A stretch of DNA of 55,929 nt, taken from NCBI GenBank assembly GCA_018061035.1, contig JAGOUX010000004.1, positions 1-55,929 on the forward strand. Direction: 5' to 3'. The translations under genes and the position numbers were made by a program. The DNA comes from Minisyncoccota bacterium (lineage in GTDB: Bacteria; Patescibacteriota; Minisyncoccia; Phycocordibacterales; UBA9973). Below are positions 44,814 through 52,971 of the stretch, one piece after another. The notes beneath the pieces are model-generated. The model ran no database searches, was not told the origin of the DNA, and saw nothing but the letters and a program-made list of their open reading frames with translations. Positions within the stretch are counted from its first letter, which is position 1. Every line of letters begins with the position of its first letter.

Positions 44814-46241
44814 TTAAAAGTCATCAAGTCCGCCACTAACCTTAGAAGGGGCGAAGTCAGAAAGAGAGCTCTTTTCTAGATTGAGGAATGTAGTGGTTTT
44901 CTCATCGAAGTATAGGTCTACCTTTCCGACAGGTCCGTTTCGGTGCTTCTCGATCAATATTTCGGCGATGTTTGTCTTCTCGGATTCATCCTTGCCTTTG
45001 TCTTCTCGGTGAATGAACATAACCACGTCGGCGTCCTGCTCGATAGATCCAGAGTCACGAAGGTCGGATAGGCGAGGCTTGCCACCACGGGATTCCACGG
45101 CACGAGAAAGCTGAGAAAGAGCGAGCACTGGCACATCGAGCTCCTTTGCGAGGGACTTGAGGGAGCGGGAGATTTCGGTAACTTGGTTCACCATAGAATC
45201 GTGGTTCTTGGTCGTAGTCATGAGCTGTAGGTAGTCGACTACGATAAGGTCGAGTCCCTTCTCGGCTTTGATACGTCGAGAAAGAGCCTTCATACGAACA
45301 ATAGAGTTGCCGGCCTGATCGTCGATATATATTTTTGCCTTAGCGAGTCGGTCCAACGAATCTCGGATAAGAGAAAAATCTTTATCAGAAGAAACATGTC
45401 CCGTGCGTAGATTCCAGGCATTGACTCGTGATTCAGCAGAGAGCATTCGGTCCACGAGCTGTTGAGAGGACATTTCAAGTGAAAAAATAAGAATTGATTT
45501 TTCGTGAACAGTTCCTGCCATGCGAGCCATGTCTAGAGCCAGCGTAGTTTTACCCATAGATGGACGAGCGGCAAGAATGATTAGGTCTGAATTTTGAAGT
45601 CCCGAGAGCATATTGTCGAGTTCTTTGAATCCAGTAGGAAGTCCACGAAGCATGCCTTTGTTCTCGTGAAGCTTTTCCATTCGCTCATATGCTTCTGGGA
45701 GAGCATCTTTTAGATTGACGAATTTTTGGTTCTTTGGACTTGAAACAACGCTAAACATTTTCTTTTCTGCGAGATCGAGAATGTCATCCATGTGATCATC
45801 GCCCTCCTCAAAAGCAAGCTCTGAAACATAATCTGCAGCTTCGATAAGACTTCGAAGGACATATTTTTTCTGAACAATGTCAGCGTAATGTTTGACATTG
45901 GTGCTCGATGGAACGACATTTACAATTTCGGCAAGATATTGGTTGCCACCGACGCGATCGAGGTTTTTCTGCTCGGCTAATTTGGTAGATAGGGAGAGCA
46001 TGTCGATGGGTTCATTCTTGGCATCGAGGTCCTGCATAGCAGAAAAAATTATCTTATGCTTTTCTGCATAAAAAGAATCTGGGGTAACCATGTCTTCCAC
46101 TTCATGCATCGCGTCCTTGCGAAGCATGATAGATCCAAGTACTGCTTGCTCCGAAGGAATGCTTTGGGGAGGGATGCGGAGATTGGTATTTTTGATATTA
46201 TTATGTCGTCCGTTGTTGTCCTTGTTTGTCATTCCATCCAT
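44814..46241 (-). CDS. dnaB: replicative DNA helicase DnaB
   Basis: PPQSIPSEQAVLGSIM, Walker A ARPSMGKTT, and a RecA-like C-terminal domain. The true start may be the ATG at 46232, 7 nt after TGCTAGAAT. Confidence 0.9.
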   Translation of the reverse strand: MDGMTNKDNNGRHNNIKNTNLRIPPQSIPSEQAVLGSIMLRKDAMHEVEDMVTPDSFYAEKHKIIFSAMQDLDAKNEPIDMLSLSTKLAEQKNLDRVGGNQYLAEIVNVVPSSTNVKHYADIVQKKYVLRSLIEAADYVSELAFEEGDDHMDDILDLAEKKMFSVVSSPKNQKFVNLKDALPEAYERMEKLHENKGMLRGLPTGFKELDNMLSGLQNSDLIILAARPSMGKTTLALDMARMAGTVHEKSILIFSLEMSSQQLVDRMLSAESRVNAWNLRTGHVSSDKDFSLIRDSLDRLAKAKIYIDDQAGNSIVRMKALSRRIKAEKGLDLIVVDYLQLMTTTKNHDSMVNQVTEISRSLKSLAKELDVPVLALSQLSRAVESRGGKPRLSDLRDSGSIEQDADVVMFIHREDKGKDESEKTNIAEILIEKHRNGPVGKVDLYFDEKTTTFLNLEKSSLSDFAPSKVSGGLDDF

Positions 46242-46309
46242 TCTAGCATTTCATATAGAATGTCAAAGAGGGAAAGTTGGCAAAGGTGTTACTAAAATGT
46301 GGACAAATA

Positions 46310-46318
46310 TGATAATAT
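46310..46318 (+). promoter_or_regulatory. extended -10 box, leaderless-type (trpS)
   Basis: TGATAATAT, 6 nt, ATG 46325. Confidence 0.55.
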
Positions 46319-46324
46319 ATTCGT

Positions 46325-47338
46325 ATGGAAAATAAAGAGAAAATAGTGCTTACAGGCGACCGTCCGACAGGAAGACTTCATTTGGGACATTACGTAGGCT
46401 CAATAAAAAATCGTGTAGCTTTACAGAATGAAGCAAGTAAGGCTTACTATATGGTGGCTGATATTCAAGCGCTCACAGATAATGCTGATAATCCAGAAAA
46501 AGTTCGCAGTAATGTGATGGAGGTAGTGCTCGACAATTTGGCTTGTGGAGTAGATCCAAAGAAAACCACTTTTTTCATACAATCGATGATTCCAGAGATT
46601 GCAGAGCTTACCGTATTATTTATGAATTTGGTCACAGTCCAACAGCTATCTCACAATCCTACTATCAAAACAGAGCTCAAAGAAAAAGGTTTGGCCGAGG
46701 GTACTCCGCTCGGATTTATGGCATACCCAGTGTCTCAGGCGGCAGATATACTTTTTTGCAAAGCTAATACTGTGCCTGTCGGGGTTGATCAGATGCCTGT
46801 ACTTGAGCAAGCGAATGATATTGTCAAAAAATTCAATGCGATATATGGAGTCGATTTATTTCCCAAGATTACCGGAGTGACGAGCTCTATCCCACGACTT
46901 GTAGGGATTGATGGCAATGCAAAAATGTCCAAATCTCTCGGTAATTGCATATTCCTTTCAGATTCCGACAAAGAAATAGAGGAAAAAGTCATGCAAGCTT
47001 TTACTGATCCTGATCATGTGCGGGTAGAAGACAAAGGTAAGGTAGAAGGCAATGTTGTTTTCACATACCTCGATGCATTCGATGAGGATAAAGCCGGCGT
47101 AGCAGAATTGAAAGAAAAATATCAACAAGGGGGATTAGGAGATGTGGTGCTTAAGAAAAGACTTACGAAAGTACTTGTAGATATCATCTCTCCAATACGA
47201 GCAAAACGTGAGGAATATGCCAAAGATCCTCAATATGTAATGAGCATTCTAGAAAAAGGAATTGCTGTTGCTCGTGAGGACGCAAAAAAAACCATGGAAG
47301 AAGTTCGCAAAGCTATCAAAATAGACTATTTTAGCTAA
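46325..47338 (+). CDS. trpS: tryptophan--tRNA ligase
   Basis: TGDRPTGRLHLGHYVG (HIGH) and KMSKS. Confidence 0.95.
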   Translation: MENKEKIVLTGDRPTGRLHLGHYVGSIKNRVALQNEASKAYYMVADIQALTDNADNPEKVRSNVMEVVLDNLACGVDPKKTTFFIQSMIPEIAELTVLFMNLVTVQQLSHNPTIKTELKEKGLAEGTPLGFMAYPVSQAADILFCKANTVPVGVDQMPVLEQANDIVKKFNAIYGVDLFPKITGVTSSIPRLVGIDGNAKMSKSLGNCIFLSDSDKEIEEKVMQAFTDPDHVRVEDKGKVEGNVVFTYLDAFDEDKAGVAELKEKYQQGGLGDVVLKKRLTKVLVDIISPIRAKREEYAKDPQYVMSILEKGIAVAREDAKKTMEEVRKAIKIDYFS

Positions 47339-47622
47339 TGAAAAATAATATCGAACAGTACAAACAAGAAGCAGTGGAAGTAATCCACAAAATTGGTAAG
47401 GATAAGAACCTGCTCGCACTTTTCTTGCGAGATATCCTAACCCCACGCGAATTCGAAAATATCGGCGTGCGCTGGCAGATAGTGAAGCGCTTGGCGAAAG
47501 GGGAGCATCATGCTGCCATAGCTGAGAGTCTTCATCTAGGTGTGGCGACTGTCACTAGGGGGTCCCGAGAAATGCGCAAAAAAGATGGCGGACTCCAAAA
47601 AGCATTGAAGGCTTTGAAATAA
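47338..47622 (+). CDS. TrpR-family (YerC/YecD-like) DNA-binding protein
   Basis: LTPREFENIGVRWQIVKRL...IAESLHLGVATVTRGSREM. The ATG overlaps the trpS stop (TAATG). Confidence 0.8.
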   Translation: MKNNIEQYKQEAVEVIHKIGKDKNLLALFLRDILTPREFENIGVRWQIVKRLAKGEHHAAIAESLHLGVATVTRGSREMRKKDGGLQKALKALK

Positions 47623-47868
47623 AAGCTAATTTTTACTTTATATATTGGTAATTTGAGTTTTCCACAGTAAGGCAATTTATTTACTTGCTTTATTTTTTTA
47701 TATATACTAGCATACTAGTATGATGATATTAAGAAATTTACAAATAAACACAAAGTATTGGCGCAGTTTTAGCAGCCAAGCTTTTGCGTCGATTTGTTAG
47801 TTTCTTTCTCTAGATAAGGAATTCACACACCGGCGTAAAAAGCGTCGTTTGTTCTTTATGGAGGCAGT

Positions 47869-48078
47869 ATGCCGTTGGATAAGCAAGTGTCTACTGAAGC
47901 AGTATCGCAGGTAAGTGGTTCTTACGAAACGGTTGGTGTGGGTGCCCATACTTTCATTCGCACGAGCCGTGAAGATAGTTCTGTTCTCGAGTGTCTGACT
48001 TGCGAGAAAAAAGGCACTGTAGAGCAGCTCGAAATCGAGCCATGTGAGTCGAAAGGTTCTCGGCGCGCTGGCTGGTAA
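47869..48078 (+). CDS. hypothetical small protein, cassette region F ORF1
   Basis: GGAGG lies 4 nt before the ATG. G+C-enriched. Contains CLTCEKK. Confidence 0.45.
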   Translation: MPLDKQVSTEAVSQVSGSYETVGVGAHTFIRTSREDSSVLECLTCEKKGTVEQLEIEPCESKGSRRAGW

Positions 48079-48107
48079 CAACTTCATCTTGAAAGGAGGT
48101 GATAATC

Positions 48108-48218
48108 ATGGTTCGTAACTGGATTGCTGCGGATGGGGACGGAAGTTCAACTCTAGCGCCTTGGCCTTACAAACATCGGCCAGGCAAGGTTCTCAAGTCG
48201 AAGGAGCCCAAGAAGTAA
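48108..48218 (+). CDS. hypothetical 36-aa peptide, cassette region F ORF2
   Basis: Hand translation gives MVRNWIAADGDGSSTLAPWPYKHRPGKVLKSKEPKK. AAAGGAGGTG lies 7 nt before the ATG, and a GC-rich hairpin follows at 48245..48272. Confidence 0.4.
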   Translation: MVRNWIAADGDGSSTLAPWPYKHRPGKVLKSKEPKK

Positions 48219-48244
48219 TACGGGCTTTATGCAAATCGTTTGGG

Positions 48245-48272
48245 GCGTCGCGTGTGGGATATCACGCGGCGC
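48245..48272 (+). terminator. GC-rich hairpin after region-F ORF2
   Basis: GCGTCGCGTG-loop-CACGCGGCGC. The T-run is weak. Confidence 0.5.
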
Positions 48273-48291
48273 TTCCCAAATTTCTTTACAC

Positions 48292-48319
48292 TTGCATTAT
48301 TTTATATTTACGCTATATT
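48292..48319 (+). promoter_or_regulatory. promoter upstream of leader copy L1
   Basis: TTGCAT (48292-97), 16 nt, TATATT (48314-19). Confidence 0.45.
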
Positions 48320-48394
48320 AAAAATGTGAACAGATTACAAGCAAACATTATCGTCGTCGACCTGAAGGGCTTCTTTTTTAAGAAGTACTCTTTC

Positions 48395-48510
48395 ATTTAG
48401 AAGACTGATGCTTGCGCTGTAACAACTCTCAAACAAACTACAACCCAAACACCAGCCTTCTAAAGTAAGACTGGTTTTTACTTTATCGGGTGTGGGTGTT
48501 CTTTCATCAA
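48395..48510 (+). ncRNA. structured 5' leader, copy L1 (candidate attenuator/riboswitch-like element)
   Basis: About 115 nt alignable to 49004..49125. Terminator hairpin CCAGCCTTC..GACTGG plus T-run (48452-48479). Upstream TTAGAAGACTG can pair with CAGCCTTCTAA. Confidence 0.55.
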
Positions 48511-48523
48511 CGGAGGCAAGCAT

Positions 48524-48844
48524 ATGCGAGGAAATACGGGCAAGGATCACGGTTCCAGCAATCCCGGATTTTTTGGTGGCTCTGATCATGGAGACACCGA
48601 GGGTTATGCCGAGATTGCTCGGCGAATCCGCGAAGCGGGGTCTGCGCAACCAGTGCAGACATCGGTCGAGAGCCCCAGGCTCGCGATGGTTCATGATCCC
48701 TTCGAGCTGCCGGAGACGGGGTCGCATCAGGCGTATACCAATCCGTGCTCGGAAAATTACGTTGCCACGGCCGCCAAGCCGCCACAGCGTGTCGTCGAGC
48801 GAGTGCCCTTTCGTATGAGTTCCAATCTCTCACGCAGAGACTAG
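48524..48844 (+). CDS. hypothetical protein, cassette region F ORF3
   Basis: ACGGAGG lies 7 nt before ATG 48524, so this frame is preferred over the overlapping 48492..48818 and antisense frames. A 13-bp-stem hairpin follows the stop. Confidence 0.5.
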   Translation: MRGNTGKDHGSSNPGFFGGSDHGDTEGYAEIARRIREAGSAQPVQTSVESPRLAMVHDPFELPETGSHQAYTNPCSENYVATAAKPPQRVVERVPFRMSSNLSRRD

Positions 48845-48857
48845 GGCTCAATCGGTC

Positions 48858-48889
48858 AGCGCCGCGTGTCCATCATGACACGCGGCGCT
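48858..48889 (+). terminator. GC-rich hairpin after region-F ORF3, sequence-related to 48245..48272
   Basis: AGCGCCGCGTGTC-loop-GACACGCGGCGCT (13-bp stem). Confidence 0.55.
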
Positions 48890-49003
48890 ACCAAAACTTA
48901 ATTTCGAAATAATTAATACATTACAAATAATTTATATATGTCATTATATGAAAGTGAATAAAAACCGACAGGAAATTAATAATGTTTTCTTTTTCAGCCC
49001 TCA

Positions 49004-49125
49004 ATTTAGAAGGCTGATCTTTGTGCTGTAAAAATAAACTCTCAAAAACGAACTACAACCCAAACACCAGCCCTCTAAAGGGGCTTTTCCTTTTTTAGGC
49101 GGTGTGGGGTTCTTTTTGTTCGTCG
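49004..49125 (+). ncRNA. structured 5' leader, copy L2
   Basis: Shares ATTTAGAAGnCTGAT...CTCAAA..ACTACAACCCAAACACCAGCC with L1. Terminator AGCCCTCTAAAGGGGCT plus T-run (49069-49096). Confidence 0.55.
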
Positions 49126-49152
49126 AAAACCAAATAGAGAGGATGTGAGGAA

Positions 49153-49521
49153 ATGAGACTTCCAGTGTTTCAAAAGTTGTTCTTTGTCGTGGATCATTCC
49201 GGAAGCTGTGGTGGAACTAGTGATGGCGGACGCAATCCAAGAAAAAGAAACAAGAAAGAGGTTGCTGAGAGAAATGCCGAAAAAGCAGCCGACGCCTTTT
49301 TCAATGCTCAGAATGACGTCGTTCGCGTGCAGAAAGAATTGGAAAACGCGAACGAGCACTACTGGAACACATTTTGGAGCATGAAGAAGTTTTGGGGAGG
49401 TAATCTCGTTGAGGCGGCTATGATGGTCGATGAGATGGAGAATAATTTGGTCACTGCTAGGGAGGTTTTGGCATCAGCCAGAGTCGCCGCTATCGCCGCC
49501 GCCAAAGTCGCGAAGGTGTGA
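49153..49521 (+). CDS. hypothetical coiled-coil-like protein, cassette region F ORF4
   Basis: Preceded by the second copy of the structured leader. TGAGGAA lies directly before the ATG. The C-terminal half is Ala/Glu-rich. Confidence 0.5.
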   Translation: MRLPVFQKLFFVVDHSGSCGGTSDGGRNPRKRNKKEVAERNAEKAADAFFNAQNDVVRVQKELENANEHYWNTFWSMKKFWGGNLVEAAMMVDEMENNLVTAREVLASARVAAIAAAKVAKV

Positions 49522-49664
49522 AAGATTCCATTGATTAGGTTTTGAGCTAAGAGATTGGTGGGATTGAGAGTTTGTGAAAACTCTACAAAAATTCACAGGT
49601 GATGGGGTCTACCTATCAAGTGGCTCTTAATGAAGTTCTTTGGAGGACGAAAGGAGGTGATGAA

Positions 49665-49928
49665 ATGATTCCTCAGAGTAGCTACTGGTTTGGTCCTGAC
49701 GACGAGCCACAAGGTGAACCACAACCCAAAAGTGACGCTCCGAAACTCGAGAATTTCTTCGATTTTCTCGACGAAGTTCTGCGGGGGCTGGTGCGGATGC
49801 CTGAAGGGGTGTTGGTGCACAACTCACACGAGTACTCACTGGAGCGACGACGGTGCAATACCTGCGATGCCGACGGCGAAAACCTCCAACAGCATTGCGT
49901 CGGCATTTGGCCGACCTTCGGCAACTAA
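49665..49928 (+). CDS. hypothetical small protein, cassette region F ORF5
   Basis: AAAGGAGGTG lies 6 nt before ATG 49665, the same SD context as ORF2. Followed by the 3' module 49936..50005. Confidence 0.5.
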   Translation: MIPQSSYWFGPDDEPQGEPQPKSDAPKLENFFDFLDEVLRGLVRMPEGVLVHNSHEYSLERRRCNTCDADGENLQQHCVGIWPTFGN

Positions 49929-49935
49929 TAGCAAC

Positions 49936-50005
49936 AGGTGTAGATCCTGATCACTCTACAGAAAGCCAGCAACACTCGAAAGGAGGAAATGTTGCTGGCT
50001 TTTTA
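49936..50005 (+). repeat. 3' module family, copy F (small hairpin plus terminator)
   Basis: AGGTGTAGATCCTGATCACTCTACAGAAAGCCAGCAACACTC...TGTTGCTGGCTTTTT. Confidence 0.8.
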
Positions 50006-50025
50006 TATTGTGTTAATATGTATTT

Positions 50026-50252
50026 AGAGCCGTTGAGCCAGCTGACACTGGGGAGGTAAAGGAAGACCCTTCGACTTTGCTCAGGGCAAGATCGAAGATG
50101 TAGAACCTTTCGGGTAAGCCCGTTAAAGCTGTAATGAAGTATCCTCCTTCGCTAAAGCTATGGAGGACAAGAAGTAGGGTGGCACCGCGAAATATCGCCC
50201 CTGCAAATTTATCAGATTAAAAGATAAGTTTGGAGAGGCGATTTTTTGTTTT
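50026..50252 (+). promoter_or_regulatory. T-box leader upstream of aspS
   Basis: AAGTAGGGTGGCACCGCG (50172-50189) matches the T-box consensus AANNNGGGTGGNACCGCG. AGAG..GTTGA near the 5' end is GA-motif-like. A terminator helix ATCGCC(50194-99)/GGCGAT(50237-42) is followed by a T-run. A GAC (Asp) candidate specifier lies at 50065-50067. Confidence 0.8.
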
Positions 50253-50266
50253 CTCCACAGTAAATT

Positions 50267-51652
50267 ATGAAAAACAGAATATATATAAAAGATCTTAAGG
50301 GAAGTATTGGGCAAGAAGTAATTATTGCCGGATGGGTGGATGTGCGTCGAGACCAAGGCAAAATGGTCTTCTTTGATATGCGAGATATGACTGGCAAGGT
50401 GCAATGCGTGACCCTACCAATTCATCCCGAAGCAATAGCTAGTGCAAAGGAAATCAGGCCAGAGTGGGTGCTGATCGTAAAAGGCATAGTGAAGGCTCGC
50501 ACTGATAAAAACGCAGAAGCTGGTGGTGGTGTCGAGATTGAGGTTACAGGTATAGAAGTACTAAATAAAGCAGAGACCACTCCTTTTCAGATCACCGAAT
50601 CTACATCAGGCATCAACGAGGATTTGAGAATGAAATATAAGTATCTTGATCTCCGCACAGAGCGAATGCAGAAGAATATTCGTATGCGAGACAAGATTAT
50701 CACCTTTTTCCGCAAATACATGCACGACAATGATTTTATCGAAATTGAAACACCAATATTAATGAAGGGAACTCCGGAAGGTTCTCGTGAGTATGTAGTA
50801 CCTTCTCGAATTTTCAACGGACAGTTTTATGTGTTGCCTCAATCTCCTCAGCAGTTCAAACAGCTTTCTATGGTGGCTGGTTTTGAAAAGTATTTCCAAA
50901 TCGCTCGCTGTATGCGTGACGAAGACACACGAGGTGATAGACAGCCGGAATTCACCCAGCTCGACTTCGAGATGTCATTCGTAACTCAAGAAGAAGTTCT
51001 TGAATATACAGAAGCGATGTTCATTGAACTCGTAAAGACCGTGTACCCAGAGAAAAAGATAACTCAGATTCCTTTTCCAAGAATTTCATACGCTGAATCT
51101 ATGGAGAAGTATGGATCAGACAAGCCGGACATGCGAGTGAATAAGGAAGATCCGAATGAGCTTGCTTTTGCATGGGTTCTAGATTTCCCAATGTTTGAAA
51201 AGACAGATGATGGCGAGCTTCAGGCAGTGCATCATCCATTTTGCTCTATCAAAGAGGAGGACAAGGCCAAGTTTATGAGTGGGGAGGATATGTTTTCAAT
51301 TCGTGCCAATGCTTATGATCTAGTATTAAACGGCTACGAACTTTCTTCAGGATCTATTCGTATCCACGAGCGAGAAGTACAAAAGAGAGTATTCGAATTA
51401 TTGAAAATCAGCGAGGAAGTACAGCAGGCAAAATTTGGCCACATGCTCGAAGCATTTACTTTTGGCGCACCTCCACACGGAGGCTTCGCTCCCGGTATTG
51501 ATCGTATTGTTATGATCCTCCAAAACGAGCCAAACATTCGTGAAGTCATAGCCTTCCCAAAGACAGGTGAAGGTAGAGACCTTATGATGGGTGCTCCAGC
51601 TCCAATCACTGACAAACAGCTTAAAGAGCTCGGAATTAAACTCGGCAAATAA
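50267..51652 (+). CDS. aspS: aspartate--tRNA ligase, compact (461 aa)
   Basis: OB-fold N-terminus, QSPQQFKQL, class II motifs (FQIARCMRDED, GGFAPGIDR). Confidence 0.93.
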   Translation: MKNRIYIKDLKGSIGQEVIIAGWVDVRRDQGKMVFFDMRDMTGKVQCVTLPIHPEAIASAKEIRPEWVLIVKGIVKARTDKNAEAGGGVEIEVTGIEVLNKAETTPFQITESTSGINEDLRMKYKYLDLRTERMQKNIRMRDKIITFFRKYMHDNDFIEIETPILMKGTPEGSREYVVPSRIFNGQFYVLPQSPQQFKQLSMVAGFEKYFQIARCMRDEDTRGDRQPEFTQLDFEMSFVTQEEVLEYTEAMFIELVKTVYPEKKITQIPFPRISYAESMEKYGSDKPDMRVNKEDPNELAFAWVLDFPMFEKTDDGELQAVHHPFCSIKEEDKAKFMSGEDMFSIRANAYDLVLNGYELSSGSIRIHEREVQKRVFELLKISEEVQQAKFGHMLEAFTFGAPPHGGFAPGIDRIVMILQNEPNIREVIAFPKTGEGRDLMMGAPAPITDKQLKELGIKLGK

Positions 51653-51982
51653 ATGAATTCTGTAATCTCAGGCATTGTGGTGCGGGGGGATGGATACGGT
51701 AGGAAGCTTGGATTTCCAACGGTAAATTTAGAGACCAATATTACTGAATTTCCTCCTAAGGGAGTATATGCTGGAACTGCAGAGCTAGAAGGTGTGGAAT
51801 ATAGAGCAGGTATAATCATCGGCCCCCACAACAAGACTGAAGCCCATCTCATAGGGTACAACGGAGATGCATATGGCAAAGAAGTGATACTAACTTTGAA
51901 AAAATTCTTGCGAGAATATAAAAACTTCGATACAGAAGAGCAACTTATAAATCAAATTAAAGAGGATATAAAATTATGTTAA
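51653..51982 (+). CDS. riboflavin kinase domain protein
   Basis: GIVVRGDGYGRKLGFPTVNL...GVYAG...EAHLIGYNGDAYGKEV. Confidence 0.7.
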   Translation: MNSVISGIVVRGDGYGRKLGFPTVNLETNITEFPPKGVYAGTAELEGVEYRAGIIIGPHNKTEAHLIGYNGDAYGKEVILTLKKFLREYKNFDTEEQLINQIKEDIKLC

Positions 51983-52884
51983 GAAAATTATCATTTTCTG
52001 GTCCACTACTTATTATTGTTGCTGCGCTCTTGTGGGCTTTTGATGGGCTTATCCGTCAGCACTTATATTCTCTGCCTCCAATTACGATTATTTTCTTTGA
52101 GCATTTGATCGGACTTTTCATTCTTCTCCCTTTTGCATTGCCATATGTATTTAAGGCTAAGATCGAAAAGAAGGAATGGTGGCTCATTGTACTTTTGTCT
52201 GTATTGAGTGGAGTTTTGGGAACTCTGTGGTTCACTACCGCACTCGGCAAGGTAAATTATATTTCCCTATCGGTAGTGTTCTTGCTTCAAAAGCTTCAAC
52301 CATTGTTCGCTATTAGTACCGCTATATTTTTCTTAAAAGAAAAATTCGAGAAAAAATATTTAATCTGGGCTCCGGTAGCTATCATCGCGGCATTTCTTGT
52401 TACATTCAAAAATGGAATTGTGGATCTTTCGACTGGTGAGGGTACAGCTATCGCAGCATTGTATGCTCTTGGTGCAGCATTTGCTTGGGGATCATCTACG
52501 ACATTTTCTAAAATGCTTCTCACTAAAGTGCGTTCGGAAGTAAGCATGTTTTATAGATTTGTCTTCACTTTGGTATTGTCATTTATTCTTCTCGTGACCT
52601 TTGGTCATAGCGCTAGTCTATTTGAGCCTACATTGTCTCAACTTGGATTCTTTGCACTAATAGGTATATCTACAGGTATGGTGGCATTGCTTATCTATTA
52701 CAAAGGTCTGGCCAAGACATCCGTGCATATCTCTACCATCCTAGAGCTAACATTCCCATTCATTGCGATATTTATTGATATGAAAGTAAATCACACAACG
52801 CTATCATTGACCCAATGGCTAGCGGCATTTGTGTTGGTGTTTAGTATTTACCAGATTGCTCGATTGCGAGAAAGTCAGGCATAA
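51976..52884 (+). CDS. DMT-superfamily (EamA-like) transporter
   Basis: About ten hydrophobic helices in two similar halves. Confidence 0.7.
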   Translation: MLRKLSFSGPLLIIVAALLWAFDGLIRQHLYSLPPITIIFFEHLIGLFILLPFALPYVFKAKIEKKEWWLIVLLSVLSGVLGTLWFTTALGKVNYISLSVVFLLQKLQPLFAISTAIFFLKEKFEKKYLIWAPVAIIAAFLVTFKNGIVDLSTGEGTAIAALYALGAAFAWGSSTTFSKMLLTKVRSEVSMFYRFVFTLVLSFILLVTFGHSASLFEPTLSQLGFFALIGISTGMVALLIYYKGLAKTSVHISTILELTFPFIAIFIDMKVNHTTLSLTQWLAAFVLVFSIYQIARLRESQA

Positions 52885-52887
52885 ACG

Positions 52888-52957
52888 AAAAATACCAGCG
52901 AAAGGGACTCTGTGAGAGTGTTGCTGGTATTTTGGAGAGTGATTAGGATCTCCACCT
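52888..52957 (-). repeat. 3' module family, copy G1 (after the AstE-like gene)
   Basis: The minus strand reads AGGTGGAGATCCTAATCACTCTCCAAAATACCAGCAACACTC...CGCTGGTATTTTT. Confidence 0.8.
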
Positions 52958-52971
52958 AGTACTTTCGGCCG

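Noticed and set aside
48408-48422. A leader peptide (ATG CTT GCG CTG TAA) inside leader copy L1.
   Set aside because: The ATG is not conserved in copy L2 (ATC at the equivalent position), so peptide-mediated attenuation is unlikely.
48335-49950. Alternative frames in region F: 48335..48727(-), 48492..48818(+), 48507..48851(-), 49075..49359(-), 49184..49384(+), 49593..49924(-) and 49690..49950(+).
   Set aside because: They lack an SD-plus-ATG context. The chosen frames each have GGAGG 4-8 nt upstream. Translation evidence would still be needed to be sure.
51334-51879. A 181-aa antisense ORF spanning the aspS / riboflavin-kinase junction.
   Set aside because: It overlaps two well-supported plus-strand genes.
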